Positions 1 to 11,689 of a stretch of 64,000 nucleotides of DNA are shown here, piece by piece. The position numbers and the translations under genes were made by a program. Under the pieces are notes generated by a model. The model was not told where the DNA came from and did not search any database. It worked only from the letters and a program-made list of their open reading frames with translations. Position 1 is the stretch's first letter, and each line of letters starts with the position of its first letter. Source of the stretch: Octopus vulgaris (Eukaryota); assembly GCA_951406725.2 (NCBI GenBank), contig OX597818.1, forward strand, positions 133,486,001 to 133,550,000. Reading direction: 5' to 3'.

Positions 1-192
1 ATTAAATATTTTCATAATCAAATTGTTTGAGAAGAACAATTTTTTAAACAAACATGGTAAGCTGTTAGCATTCCAGACTTTTACATAAAAGAAAGATATT
101 GAAGTCAACAAATACTAAATTCAACAATAATGGTCAATATAAACTCATTGTTATCTCAATCTGTCTATAGCCTGAGGATTTCGTTGACATTT

Positions 193-253
<61 letters not shown>

Positions 254-716
254 ACTAGATATGTGAGAAATTTCAGAGAAATTTTGAGACATATGTTAAG
301 TTTATTTGTGAGATATTTTAATATTGCATATGTTTAACAAATGTAGGTAAATGTTATACAGTAATTAAGCATTATCTGATGTAGAACTCAATAGCAAATA
401 TAGAGTCAAATTAAAGTATTGCATATCATGAAAGATACTTGCTTATAAATTTCACTTTCTCAGGTTTATATTACACACATGTACACATACACATGAAAAT
501 ACAATATGTGTGTGTAAATATATATATATATATATAGTGTATGTGTGTGTGTGTGTGTGTATGTATATATGTATATATATATATGACATATCTGAGTCAT
601 ATATCATACCTGGAGATTACGTTATAAATTAATATTTTTATAACACTGTCTCAGGTATGATATGTGACGCAAAAGTGTTTTGAAAGTTTCAGTCATAAAA
701 AACCCCAGTAAATATG

Positions 717-759
<43 letters not shown>

Positions 760-762
<3 letters not shown>

Positions 763-1790
763 GCTGCAATGAATATATTGTCATCTAAATTACACAAAAA
801 TGAAAATAACACTGACATCTCATTTTAACAAATATATTTACCTAAATTACATAAAAATATCTTGAAATGCTAAAGAATAAATTTGTTCAATACAATCGTC
901 ATTGGCTTTAACCACGGCCTCCTGATGTTTTCTGAATCTCCTGCAATTCTTCTGGAGGGTTTCCTTGCTTAAGTTGGTGAATATTGCAATAATCGTTGCC
1001 TTCAGTTCATCTTTGGTGTTACAAGGAATTTTGTAGGTCTCTCACTCAACTGCACCCCTCACATAATAATCATGGGGGTTGTTGTCTGGGGAGTTAGATG
1101 GCCTGGTGTTAGGGGTGATGTGGTTGCAGAAACTGTCTGACAGCCATAACTGGGTTCTCCTGCTTGTGTGGCATAGTGCAGAGTCCTGTTGCTAGGCATA
1201 GGGTCTTCCAGCAGCCACCCTCTTGACCCAGAGCAGTACTATCTCCTCCCGGCACATGATGTAGGCCTCTGTGTTGAGTCTGAGGCCATGTGTGAAGATA
1301 AATGGAGGCATAACATCGCCATCACTAGTGATCACTCCAAACACCATGTTGTTGACAAGATGTTTGACTTTTTTCACTCTTGGTACATATTTTGAGGACA
1401 CAACAAGCCAATGGTTGTTCTTTATTTTCACCATCTGATCCTGAGAGAAATTTTTCTTGTATGAAAAAGAACCAAAGCATGTTTAGTTGGAGGAGATGCT
1501 TGAGTTAGTTCAAAAGCTTCGTAGCATGGTCTTTCCTCTTGTCCTTGATGGCTTGGGATAAAAATTAGCCCTTTTTCATCTTGCATGAGGAATACCAAAT
1601 GTCTTCATGCACTACCTGCCTGATAAGAAACACAGACATTCCCATGTCCCTGGTGATGGACCTGATTGAGTTGGAGGGATCGTTGTCAATAATGGCCTGG
1701 ATCTAACCAACAAATTCAGGAGTTCTTTTCTTATCAGAATGATCAGAGGGCATTTTCCGAGCTGCTGTACCTTCGTAATCATCAGATGTA
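760..1790 (-). mobile_element. Tc1/mariner superfamily DD37D (maT-like) transposon remnant with decayed transposase
   Basis: Manual minus-strand translation: MVFGVITSDGDVMPPFIF...GRPYA*QQDSALCHTSRRTQLWLSDSFCNHITPNTRPSNSPDNNPHDYYV, with 37 residues between the second and third catalytic D. The terminus CAGGCTGCA follows TA at the end of a (TA)n run. In-frame stops are present. Confidence 0.85.
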
Positions 1791-1794
1791 TCAG

Positions 1795-2595
1795 GTTGTT
1801 GGATCAGGTAAGTGAAAGTCACGAAGAGGGTCATAGCCTAACTAATTAGGGAGAGAGATTGTTTAGACGAGATGCAGTTTGGGTTTGGGTTTGTGCCAGG
1901 GAAAAGTACCACCGATGCTATATTTCTGGTAAATCAGCTGCAGGAGAAATACTTAGCCAAAGATAAACCTCTGTACCTGGCTTTCACTGACATGGAGAAA
2001 GCCTTTGACAGGGTCCCCCGATCCCTAATCTGGTGGTCATTGAAGAAACTAGGGATAGATGAGTGGTTATTGAGAGCTGTACAAGCCATGTACAAGGATG
2101 CTGTCAGTAAGGTGGTCTATGCCAGTGAAGCATAACTGGCCCATTTAACAGTACCCTTCAATCACTGGGCAATAAACTGTGCTTGCAAAGACCTATTGAG
2201 TCAAGTGAAGTCATTGTCATAACTAATGACAGCAGTGCCTGATTGGCACCTGTGTCAGTGGTGCATAAGAAGCACCACTTAAACGTGGTCATTGCCAGTG
2301 CCATCAGACTGGCTCCTGCGCTGGTGGCACGTAAAAAGCACCATTCAAGCGTGATCGATGCCGGTACATACTGACTGGCCCTCGTGCTGGTGGCACATAA
2401 AAAGCACCCACTACACTCTCAGAGTGGTTGGCGTTAGGAAGGGCATCCAGCTGTAGAAACTTTGCCAGATCAGATTGGAGCCTGGTGCAGCCTTCTGGCT
2501 TGCCAGTTCTCAGTGAAACTGTCCAACCCATGCCAGCATGAAAAGCGAACGTTAAATGACGACGACAATGATGATGATGATGATGATGATGATGA
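1795..2595 (+). mobile_element. RTE-clade LINE fragment: RT N-terminal part joined to the 3' UTR with (GAT)n tail
   Basis: ORF 1872-2135 QFGF..PGKSTTDAIF..QLQEKY..KPLYLAFTDMEKAFDRVPR (RT domains 2-3). It is followed by the same 3' UTR seen after the RT at 12050-13390, ending CGTTAAATGACGACG..(GAT)n. Confidence 0.85.
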
Positions 2596-2609
2596 TATAT
2601 ATATATATA

Positions 2610-2826
2610 TCATCATCATCATCATCATCATCATCGTTTAACGTCCGCTTTCCATGCTAGCATGGGTTGGACGGTTCAACTGGGGTCTGGCAAGCCCGAA
2701 GGCTGCACTAGGCCAGTCAGATCTGGCAGTGTTTCTATAGCTGGATGCCCTTCCTAACGCCAACCACTCTGAAAGTGTAGTGGGTGATTTTATGTGCCAC
2801 CGACACAGGTGCCAGACGAGGCTGGT
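2610..2826 (-). mobile_element. 5'-truncated RTE 3' UTR copy, tail-to-tail with the preceding copy
   Basis: (CAT)n CGTTTAACGTCCGCTTTCCATGCTAGCATGGGTTGGACGG... is the reverse complement of 2391-2595. Confidence 0.85.
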
Positions 2827-3604
2827 ATATATATATATATAAGGCCTTTCAGCTATACAATAAAATTATATATGCAACATATTTACCATGTGCTGATAAA
2901 TTAACAAGGTAAGCTCACCAAAAACTATCTTCTTCAAATTTAATAACCTAAACCAGTACAATCCAAAAACATATGGGATAAATAAACTGAGAACCTTTGA
3001 CAACTCCAGAATAAAATGCCTAACTTAAGAGCCTGCAAAAAACTAAAATAAATCTACAGATGAACAATGAACAAATATTAAAATGCAGCATTAAAACTTA
3101 TAAACATATAAACAACCATACCTACAAGTAAATTGCAGACAAACAGTCAGGTAACCTTCAAAACACAACCAACTAAGGAATGGACTTAACAAACTGGGAA
3201 TTTCCTCCTCAGCTGCCTAACAGATATCAATGCAATTTCAACATCTTTAGGCAGGACTACTACTTTCATCATTGTCAAAAAGCCTTAAAACCATATATTC
3301 TAATGCTGGCTGGGCATATACAAACCAAATATTTTGCATCCAGACCATAATTACAAACTTAAATACCTATAGTCCAATTACATAGTATTACAAATTTCAA
3401 TTAGATATATTACAAACTTAATAATTACTCAAGTCAATCAACAATTCAATGAATAATTAAAGAACGCTAAGAAGAAAAAACTGAAAATATAAATAATTAA
3501 CATAAATTAAAATAATTAACATTGATACACTATAACCACAAAGTCTGTAATATACAAGGAACATATCCAGAAACAAAAAATTAATACCAATGAATAACAT
3601 TGAA

Positions 3605-3937
3605 GGCGCGTGGCTCAGTGGTTAGAGCGTCGAGCTTACGATCGTGAGGTTGTGAGCTCGAATCCCGGACCGGGCTGCGTGTTGTGTTCTTGAGCAAGAC
3701 ACTCTATTTCACGTTGCTCCAGTTCACTCAGCTGTAGAAATGAGTTGCGACGTCACAGGTGCCAAGCTGTATCGGCCCTTGCCTTTCCCTTGGACAACAT
3801 CGGTGACATGGAGAGCGGAGGCCGGTATGCGTGGGCAACTGCTGGTCTTCCATAGAACAACCTTGCCCAGACTTGTACCTCAGAGGGTAACTCTCTAGGT
3901 GCAAACCCATGGTCAGTGTCTGACCAAAGGGGGTCAC
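3605..3937 (+). mobile_element. tRNA-derived SINE, family D
   Basis: Head GGCGCGTGGCTCAGTGGTTAGAGCG (A box) and GCTCGAATCCC (B box), then TGTGTTCTTGAGCAAGACAC. Related copies at 13585, 40770 and 58488. Confidence 0.85.
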
Positions 3938-5064
3938 CACTAACAAACCATGAACATTAATGTCCAAACATGACCACCTATTCTAAATCAGATATGATTT
4001 GATTGAATGAACCACAACCTATAGTGAAAAACACAACTCAAACATCCTTAATGACTTCTAATACGAAATTGAATTACTAAATAAATATTTTAATAATCCT
4101 TCCCAAAATAACATTTCTATTCAGCAAGAAACCTGCTCTGGCCATTTATCTACTACATGTGCATGGGCCACAAAAAAAAAAACAAAAAAACAAAAACAAA
4201 TGGCTATTCCAATCTGAATGCAGCAGAAGAAGCAGTAACAATCCAATGAAAACCATTGAAACAAAACCATTCCTTTCCCCACTAACCCATGTGCAATCTC
4301 TCTCAAAGTATATCAATTTGACTGTAAAGGCACTCCTTGGCAAATTCTATAATTCTCTAATTCCACCTAACCATTTACTTCATCATATTTAACATTTTAA
4401 TTTAGCTTCAAGCTGTCAACCAAAATTATTTCATATTTATTCAAAATAATCATATCGTACATCCCAAATATGCTTAAATTTCTTGATTAATTTTTTGGTA
4501 CTAATCATTTAATTAATTAATCTTTCAGTACTAATCATTTATTTAATCAAATTTCTAGCATTAAAATCCCTGTTTTTACCTTATTTGCTTACTACGTCAT
4601 ACCAAACCTATCACTCTATCCTTTTAATTTAGCTGCAAGCTGTAAACTTGAAATCATTCCCTATTTACTCAAAATATCATTATGTATATCTAGAATACAC
4701 TTCAATTTTTTAACTAATCTTTTAGCAATAAACCCTATGTAATCATTTGCTTAATCAAATTATTATTCACTTCTGCTATTAAATCAACTCTATTAATTAT
4801 TCTCCCAAATCTTATAATCTACGCTTCAAACACATAACCAATTTCATAAAATAAACAGGTATTAATATGGCAAAACAGTGACCTCAACGCTGAATTCATC
4901 CGTCTTTTTTTGTATAAATTAGTGATTGAAAACCCATTACATACCACAATCATAATGTCAAGATAATTAACTTTACTAACCCCCTTATTATTTCTGCTGA
5001 TATCATATGTATGTGTGTGGATGTGTGTGGATGCACACACACACACATGCACATACATATATAC

Positions 5065-5097
<33 letters not shown>

Positions 5098-5104
<7 letters not shown>

Positions 5105-5225
5105 TAAATTAGAGATAAAATCACTATTAGGAAAATCATACAATGAAAAACTTAAGCCAATACATAAGATTAATTAATTTATATTATTTAAATATACATC
5201 AAAATTATTAAAAAAGATAATTTAT
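5098..5225. repeat. (TA)n-embedded dispersed AT-rich repeat (same family as the 9375-9611 palindrome, 28105-28300 and 61446-61545)
   Basis: Shared TATTAAATTAGAGATAAAA(C/T)CACTATTAGG.AAATCA.ACA..GAAAAACTTAAGCCAATACATA. Confidence 0.8.
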
Positions 5226-5234
5226 ATATATATA

Positions 5235-5420
5235 TAGGGAGAATTCATGAAAAAACAGAAGATAGAGACAGGTGGTGTAGACAACAAACAGATGTATTAG
5301 TATAACGCTTGGGAAGTGAAAAAGTCTTTAATGTTTTGAGCGAACGCTCTTTCACAGAATGGAACACAGAAAGAAACAAGGAGAGAAAATAAAGAATGTG
5401 TAGTGGTTAGCGATCTATCA
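5235..5420 (-). mobile_element. Probable Penelope-like terminal (pLTR) fragment with a degenerate hammerhead-like motif
   Basis: Minus strand TT-CTGTGAAA-GAGC gttc GCTC-AAAA-CAT-TA-AAG: stem II is perfect but the core bases deviate. Flanked by (TA)n. Confidence 0.45.
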
Positions 5421-5598
5421 TATCTAGTGGCTAGCAATCTATTATACATATATATATAATAGTAATATAGGTGTATAAAGATTGAATGTGGATTCGTCCT
5501 TCAATTGGAGGTTTCCAAAAAGGATTTCTAATGTTGATTCTTCATACTTTGCTGGGAGTTTACAGGTGTAAATTTACAAAGATATAAAAGTAGTAATT

Positions 5599-5984
5599 CT
5601 CTTTTACTCTTTTACTTGTTTCAGTCATTTGACTGCGGCCATGCTGGAGCACCGCCTTTAGTCAAGTAAATCGACCCCGGAACTATTCTTTGTAAGCCCA
5701 GTACTTATTCTATCGGTCTCTTTTGCCGAACCGCTAAGTGACGGGGACGTAAACACCAGCATCAGTTGTCAAGAAATGCTAGGGGGACAAACACACACAC
5801 ATACATATATATACATATATACGATAGGCTTCTTTCAGTTTCTGTCTACCAAATCCACTCACAACGCATTGGTCGGCCCGGGGCTACAGCAGAAGACACT
5901 TGCCCAAGATGCCACGCAGTGGGACTGAACCCGGAACCATGTGGTTGGTTAGCAAGCTACTTACCACACAGCCACTCCTGCGCC
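5599..5984 (-). mobile_element. tRNA-derived SINE, family A (CORE-like central segment, internal TA/TG run, GTAAAAGA tail)
   Basis: Head GGCGCAGGAGTGGCTGTGTGGTAAG..GGTTCAGTCCC, then CTTGGGCAAGTGTCTT. About 15 copies in the window. Confidence 0.9.
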
Positions 5985-5993
5985 TAGTACTTG

Positions 5994-6647
5994 TATATAA
6001 TGTATGACGAATTTATTGAATGAAGTTCCATAAATTACATCAGTTTTGTTCAAGATGGAGGAAACAAGTTGTTAAAATTCATAACAAGTCTAATTCTTGC
6101 AGACGATCGTTTCTTACAGAGATATGATGATATAAATTCATGATTGAATTAAAGTAAATAAATGTTAAGGTACTTTTCAGTGCAGAAAGGAAAGAAACCA
6201 TTGGCCATTCCTACTACTTACTTGCCCTACACTACATATATGGAGCTATAATTATAATTTCCACACTCATCTATTGACAGAACGTCTCTGATACCTATTT
6301 ACTTATATCTTCAAATAATCATTGAAGCCATTACTTTATGGTTCAATATCTGACATGACTCCCATCTCTTTCTCACACGGATACCAATATGACACTCCTA
6401 GATCCAATCTTTTCTACTCTATTCCTTTTTAAGTTCCTTGTATTATGTTTTCTTTCCTTTCTGCACTGAATGGTACGTTGATATTAATTTAATTTAATTC
6501 AATCATGAATTTATATTATTATATCTCGGTATGAAATGATCATCTGCAAGAATTAAACTTTTCATAAATTTGTAACAATTTGTTTCCTCCATTCTTAACA
6601 AAATTGATGGTATTTATGGAACTTCATTGCATAAATTCATCATACAT

Positions 6648-6654
<7 letters not shown>
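5994..6654. repeat. Long imperfect inverted repeat (arms about 205 bp, spacer about 245 bp)
   Basis: 5994-6200 is the reverse complement of 6446-6654, with scattered mismatches. Confidence 0.85.
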
Positions 6655-6695
<41 letters not shown>

Positions 6696-6762
6696 CATCA
6701 TCATCTCATCATCATTTAACAATGATAATATATATATATATATACATGTGTGTGTGTGTATA

Positions 6763-7765
6763 CGGGGTGCATAAGGTATTTGAGGACATACCTTTTTGGG
6801 GTCATTGCTGTATTTTTTGCTAACTCTATACAATGTTTGTTTCAGAAAATAATAATGGCAGACCCTTGGCTTTCTCAAGAAATGAAGAGGCATGCTGTTA
6901 TTGTGGTTATAAAGGCTGAGCATAGCAATTTAGAAATATCTCGATTTTTGAAAGTTGCCAGATCTTACATCTACAAAGTTTGTAAGGAGCTAGAGACTGA
7001 AGATGGAAATGTATCACCAGTATCAAAGCATAAAAAGCATTCTAAATGCTCTGAAATCTGAAATCATCAGAACACCTGAATTTATTGGTTATAAAGGCTG
7101 AGCATAGCAATTTAGAAATATCTCGATTTTTGAAAGTTGCCAGATCTTACATCTACAAAGTTTGTAAGGAGCTAGAGACTGAAGATGGAAATGTATCACC
7201 AGTATCAAAGCATAAAAAGCATTCTAAATGCTCTGAAATCTGAAATCATCAGAACACCTGAATTTATCTAGTAAGTTCAACAGACCATTGATTACAATCC
7301 CAGAAAGTTAATAAGGTGTCAGAAGGAACAGTCAGAAATGTTGTCCACGAAGACAACAGATAAAAAAGTCTTATATGATGAGGAAAGGTCAAGTTGTCCA
7401 AAAAAGCAAAAGAAAATCACTACATCAGTTCTAAAACAAATTGAAAAATCTAGCAGAAGAAGATTTGATTTGGTTTTTCTCAAACGAGAAAAACTTCGAC
7501 CAAGATCAAAAAGTTAACAGAAGAAATGGCAGATGGGTATGTGCAGACCCTTCTGAAGTTCCAAGTGTTATGCATACAAAATTTCCTGCAACTGACATGG
7601 TTTTAGGGGTTGTCGGCAATGAAAGACATGTGATGCCTCCTTACTTCTTTCCATAAACCCTTAGAGTTAAATCTACCACCTATATTGATGTCCTGGAAAT
7701 AATTAAGCACTGGATAGATAGTGTATGCAACGGAAGGCCATATATGTTTCAGTAAGACATTGTGC
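6763..7765 (+). mobile_element. maT/DD37D-like Tc1/mariner remnant, 3'-truncated, with internal 182-bp tandem duplication
   Basis: Begins TA|CGGGGTGCATAAGG. HTH-like MKRHAVIV..SNLEISRFLKVARSYIYKV, then WFFSNEKNFDQDQKVNRRNGRW..TKFPATDMVLGVVGNERHVMPPYFFP..GRPYMFQ*D. Similar to the 760-1790 transposase. Confidence 0.8.
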
Positions 7766-7811
7766 TGTTTTGTTCTTACTTTCCTGTTCTTGTTACCACA
7801 AAAAATCTCAA

Positions 7812-8100
7812 ATTTTATTTAATTTGCCTTGCGGGAAGGACTGTTTCAACGAAGTCGCGTCTTGTCCTTACCTTTGAAATGCAGAGTAGATGAAACAGGG
7901 GCAACTGAAGAAGGGGAATATTCCTTGTGTTGTATGTCTTGTACTCTGTTTTTACACTGTTTGAAAAAAAGCTCATTTCCATGTTTTTGTTTCTCATTGT
8001 GTTCAACGTTTTTTTGATGTCTTGTACCCATACATGCATGTATATATGCATATAGATGTAGGTATATGATCGAACGCCACGCATACTTTTCCAAGTAAGT

Positions 8101-8103
<3 letters not shown>
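7812..8103 (+). repeat. Unclassified dispersed repeat ending at (TCTA)n; homolog at 51478-51830 in opposite orientation
   Basis: The reverse complement begins GATAAAACTTACTT.GAA.A..ATGCGT.GC.TTC.ATCATATA, as at 51478. Confidence 0.65.
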
Positions 8104-8174
<71 letters not shown>

Positions 8175-8468
8175 TACCAATTTATAGGAAGAAAGGCCAC
8201 AGCATCTACATAAAAACTAAAAGTTAATTCTTGTGTAAATTCTCCAAGAAAGACAATGGAAGTGACCGTGCTCCACCAGGTTCCCCCGTTAAGGAAGCTA
8301 TGGGCCCTTATCAAAAATGTTACCCATAACACAATCCCCACTCAAAAAATGCCTGGTCTAAGGGAGTTAGCATACATGCAAACACACAAACATTCACACA
8401 CAAACACATGGATATGCAGAATACATACATACATACATAAACACATGCATACATGCATATATAGATAA

Positions 8469-8519
<51 letters not shown>

Positions 8520-9325
8520 TATGTGTATACATGCATGCTAATGTACACACATGTGCACAAACAAACAGAATAAACAAAAGGCACACAGTTCCCGATAATG
8601 GACAGAGTCAACAACTATTGAAGACTTTGTAAGAAGCAATGAAAATTTTAGAAGACAAAAAAGTAAAAGAATGATGGAAACTGATGATTGTTAATAAGGC
8701 ATGAAAAGAGAATGACTCTCCCCAGACACAGCATCACTAAATGAAGGTTCTGGGGAAACTAAAAACAGAAAATTATTCATGGTCTATTTTTCATGCTTTA
8801 CAATGTTTGATCGTCAATTGTCTCTGTCATTATTCTATGTGTAAGAAGTATGCTATTCACAGAGATACATTGTTACTATATATTCCTATTAAATTCATGT
8901 GTGCACTTTAATAGCATTATTATATTGTTTTTATTCATCTTATGTTTATATTTTCAAGCCAGCAGGCTATTCATCTAAGAAAAGCTATTTGCATTTTTGT
9001 TTGTTGTAATATTTAAGTTCAGTGAATTATAGTACATACGCTTTTGGTTTTCCCCTAACTTTTATTTAGTATCCTTGTACTACACATAGGCCAAAAATCT
9101 GTGAGATGTTTGCTTCATTTATAGATATATTTGAGATCATAGATCAGAAGTTTATAGTCACTCATGATGTTATTGACCAGAAGGATATAGCTCTATCATC
9201 TACATGAAAGTTAACAGCCATTTCTTCTAAATATGTTCAATACAATCTAAGTGATTAACTTCCAATATTCAAAGTACAATTTTGGCAGCTTTCTTTATCC
9301 CAGTCAATGACAAGTGTTTCTGCAA

Positions 9326-9374
<49 letters not shown>

Positions 9375-9382
<8 letters not shown>

Positions 9383-9611
9383 TAAATTAGAGATAAAACC
9401 ACTATTAGGCAAATCAAACAATGAAAAACTTAAGCCAATACATAAAATTAATTAATTTATATTATTTCAAATATATATCAAAAGTATTAAAAGTTTTAAT
9501 ACTTTTGATATATATTTAAAATAATATAAATTAATTAATTTTATGTATTGTCTTAAGTTTTTCATTGTTTGATTTGCCTAATAGTGGTTTTATCTCTAAT
9601 TTAATATAATA
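9375..9611. repeat. Near-perfect 237-bp palindrome
   Basis: Arms mirror around G9493, with two mismatches seen by eye. Confidence 0.9.
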
Positions 9612-9689
9612 TAATATTTTACTATAAAATTGGATTCAATCCTAAATCTGATTTTTCCCTGTAAGTTTGGATTTATTCCCTAATATTTT

Positions 9690-9742
<53 letters not shown>

Positions 9743-10211
9743 ACACACACACACACATAATATATTATATGAACATATATACATTAAACACTTTTCCATA
9801 CATCCTTGCAACCTCAACCTGCCCACACTTCATCTTAGCTATGAGGGGTGGCTGAAAAGCTCATATGCTGACCAAGACACTCTCATGGAATGAGACCAAA
9901 TTGTGTTTATTTTTCAACATAGTCCCCCTTGTGGTTCATACACTTCTTCCATTAGTGTTGCAGTGCTTGGATCTCATTGGTCAAGAATCTTTCATCAGAT
10001 ATGATGTCCTCATCACTGTGGTACTGGTCCCCAACCAAGTATTGTTTCATGTCGGGCAACAGATGATAGATGGGGTGACATCAGGAGAATAGGGATGCCT
10101 ATCAACCAGTTCAAAACCACAGTCATCCACTGCAGCCATTGAAATCAAGGATTTGTGTGCTGAACCATTGTTCTGATGAAACAAGAGACCTTTTGTCGCT
10201 ATTGTTGTATA

Positions 10212-10604
10212 GGCGCAGGAGCGGCTGTGTGGTAAGTAGCTTGCTAACCAACCACATGGTTCCGGGTTCAGTCCCACTGCGTGGCATCTTGGGCAAGTGT
10301 CTTCTGCTATAGCCCCGGGCCGACCAATGCCTTGTGAGTGGATTTGGTAGACGGAAACTGAAAGAAGCCTGTCGTATATATGTATATATATGTATATGTG
10401 TGTATGTGTGTGTGTTTGTCCCCCTAGCATTGCTTGACAACCGATGCTGGTGTGTTTACGTCTCCGTCACTTAGCGGTTCGGCAAAAGAGACCGATAGAA
10501 TAAGTACTGGGCTTACAATAAATAAGTCCTGGGGTCGATTTGCTCGACTAAAGGTGGTGCTCCAGCATGGCCGCAGTCAAATGACTGAAACAAGTAAAAA
10601 GAGA
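10212..10604 (+). mobile_element. SINE family A inserted in the mariner
   Basis: Full-length match to the other family A copies. Confidence 0.9.
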
Positions 10605-11034
10605 GATTTGTTCTTGATAGCCTTTTGTAACTAACTCAGTAAGTTGGCATAGTACTCTCCATTAACGGTATGGCCCTTTTGAAGACAGTCAATTAAACAC
10701 ACTGTCTTTTGCATCCCCAAAAACTGAGGTCATTACCTTCTCTGCAAATGAAACAATCTTGGCCTTCTTTGGAGTACATCAGAAAGGGTGTTTCCACTGC
10801 ATGGATTGTCTCTTTGTCCCTAGCTCAAAGTGATGAAGCCAACACTCATCTTGGATTAGGAATCATTCGAGGAAACCTGTTGGATCTGCCTCAAACAATG
10901 TCAGATTTTCTCATGATGTGATCAGCCTGGTGTGCTTTTGATGAGGGGTCAGATGTAGCACTCACCAAGCAGAAACTGTTGTCATGTCAAGTTTGTCATT
11001 CACAATATTCTCAGCTCTTTCACAAGATATGCCC

Positions 11035-11188
11035 ATCATCATCATCATCATTGTTTGACCGTGGTCGAGACAATGGAATTTACCATGCTATGCCAGACTT
11101 CACGGTCCATCATGGCATTACGGAGGTCCTGTTGCTGGATGCCTGTATCCCTGGAGATTACATCAGGGTAGGAGAGTGTGCGCCCTCT
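11035..11188 (-). mobile_element. 3' end of a second RTE-like LINE family with (TGA)n tail, inserted in the mariner
   Basis: RGRTLSYPDVISRDTGIQQQDLRNAMMDREVWHSMVNSIVSTTVKQ* directly followed by (TGA)n. Near-identical piece at 59648-59741. Confidence 0.7.
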
Positions 11189-11689
11189 GGTATTGTGAGT
11201 AGATATGCTAATAGAACTGGCTATTTGATTTATTGTCGATTGCCCATCATCCATCACTATGTGGTGAATACAGTTAATGTTTTCCTCATTATTGGTAGTT
11301 GCAGGATGTCTAGACTTCAGGTATCTTCAAGACTCTCCATTCCTCACCTAAATTCAGCTGCCCACTTTTGCACTGTTGATAAAGATGGAGCGTCCCCCCT
11401 TAATGAAGCAATCATGTCAGCATGAATGTCATTGGGGGACGCTAAACCCTTTTCTACAGGTACTTGATAACACCACAATGCTAAATTTTGTCCATTTTCA
11501 ATATAAGCCACTACTAGTTACTTTTGAATCCTTCTTTGAACAGTCATATGTCAGTTTACTTGGAAACAAACAATTAAGTAATTAATAAGAAGGGTTGAAA
11601 TGAATGCAAGGAAGACTTCCTAGTTCTAGCATCACTCTTTCATAGTCATCCTAAGAACTTTTCAGTCCACCTTCATACTGCTACAGAAA

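Larger units (their letters stand above)
9840..11677 (-). mobile_element. Mariner (DD34D-type) element, decayed, carrying nested SINE and LINE insertions
   Basis: Ends TATGAGGGGTGGCTGAAAAGCTC and GAACTTTTCAGTCCACCTTCATA are imperfect TIRs. Minus-strand motifs LIQDECWLHHFELGTKRQSMQWKH and HQNNGSAHKS..FELVDRHPYSPDVTPS. Confidence 0.85.

Noticed and set aside
3605-3680. tRNA gene
   Set aside because: A and B boxes continue into a SINE body repeated elsewhere, with no proper acceptor stem or terminator. The same applies to the family A, B and C heads.
2850-4120. A/C-skewed tract as a Penelope or LINE coding relic
   Set aside because: The composition is suggestive, but I could not recover any diagnostic protein motif.
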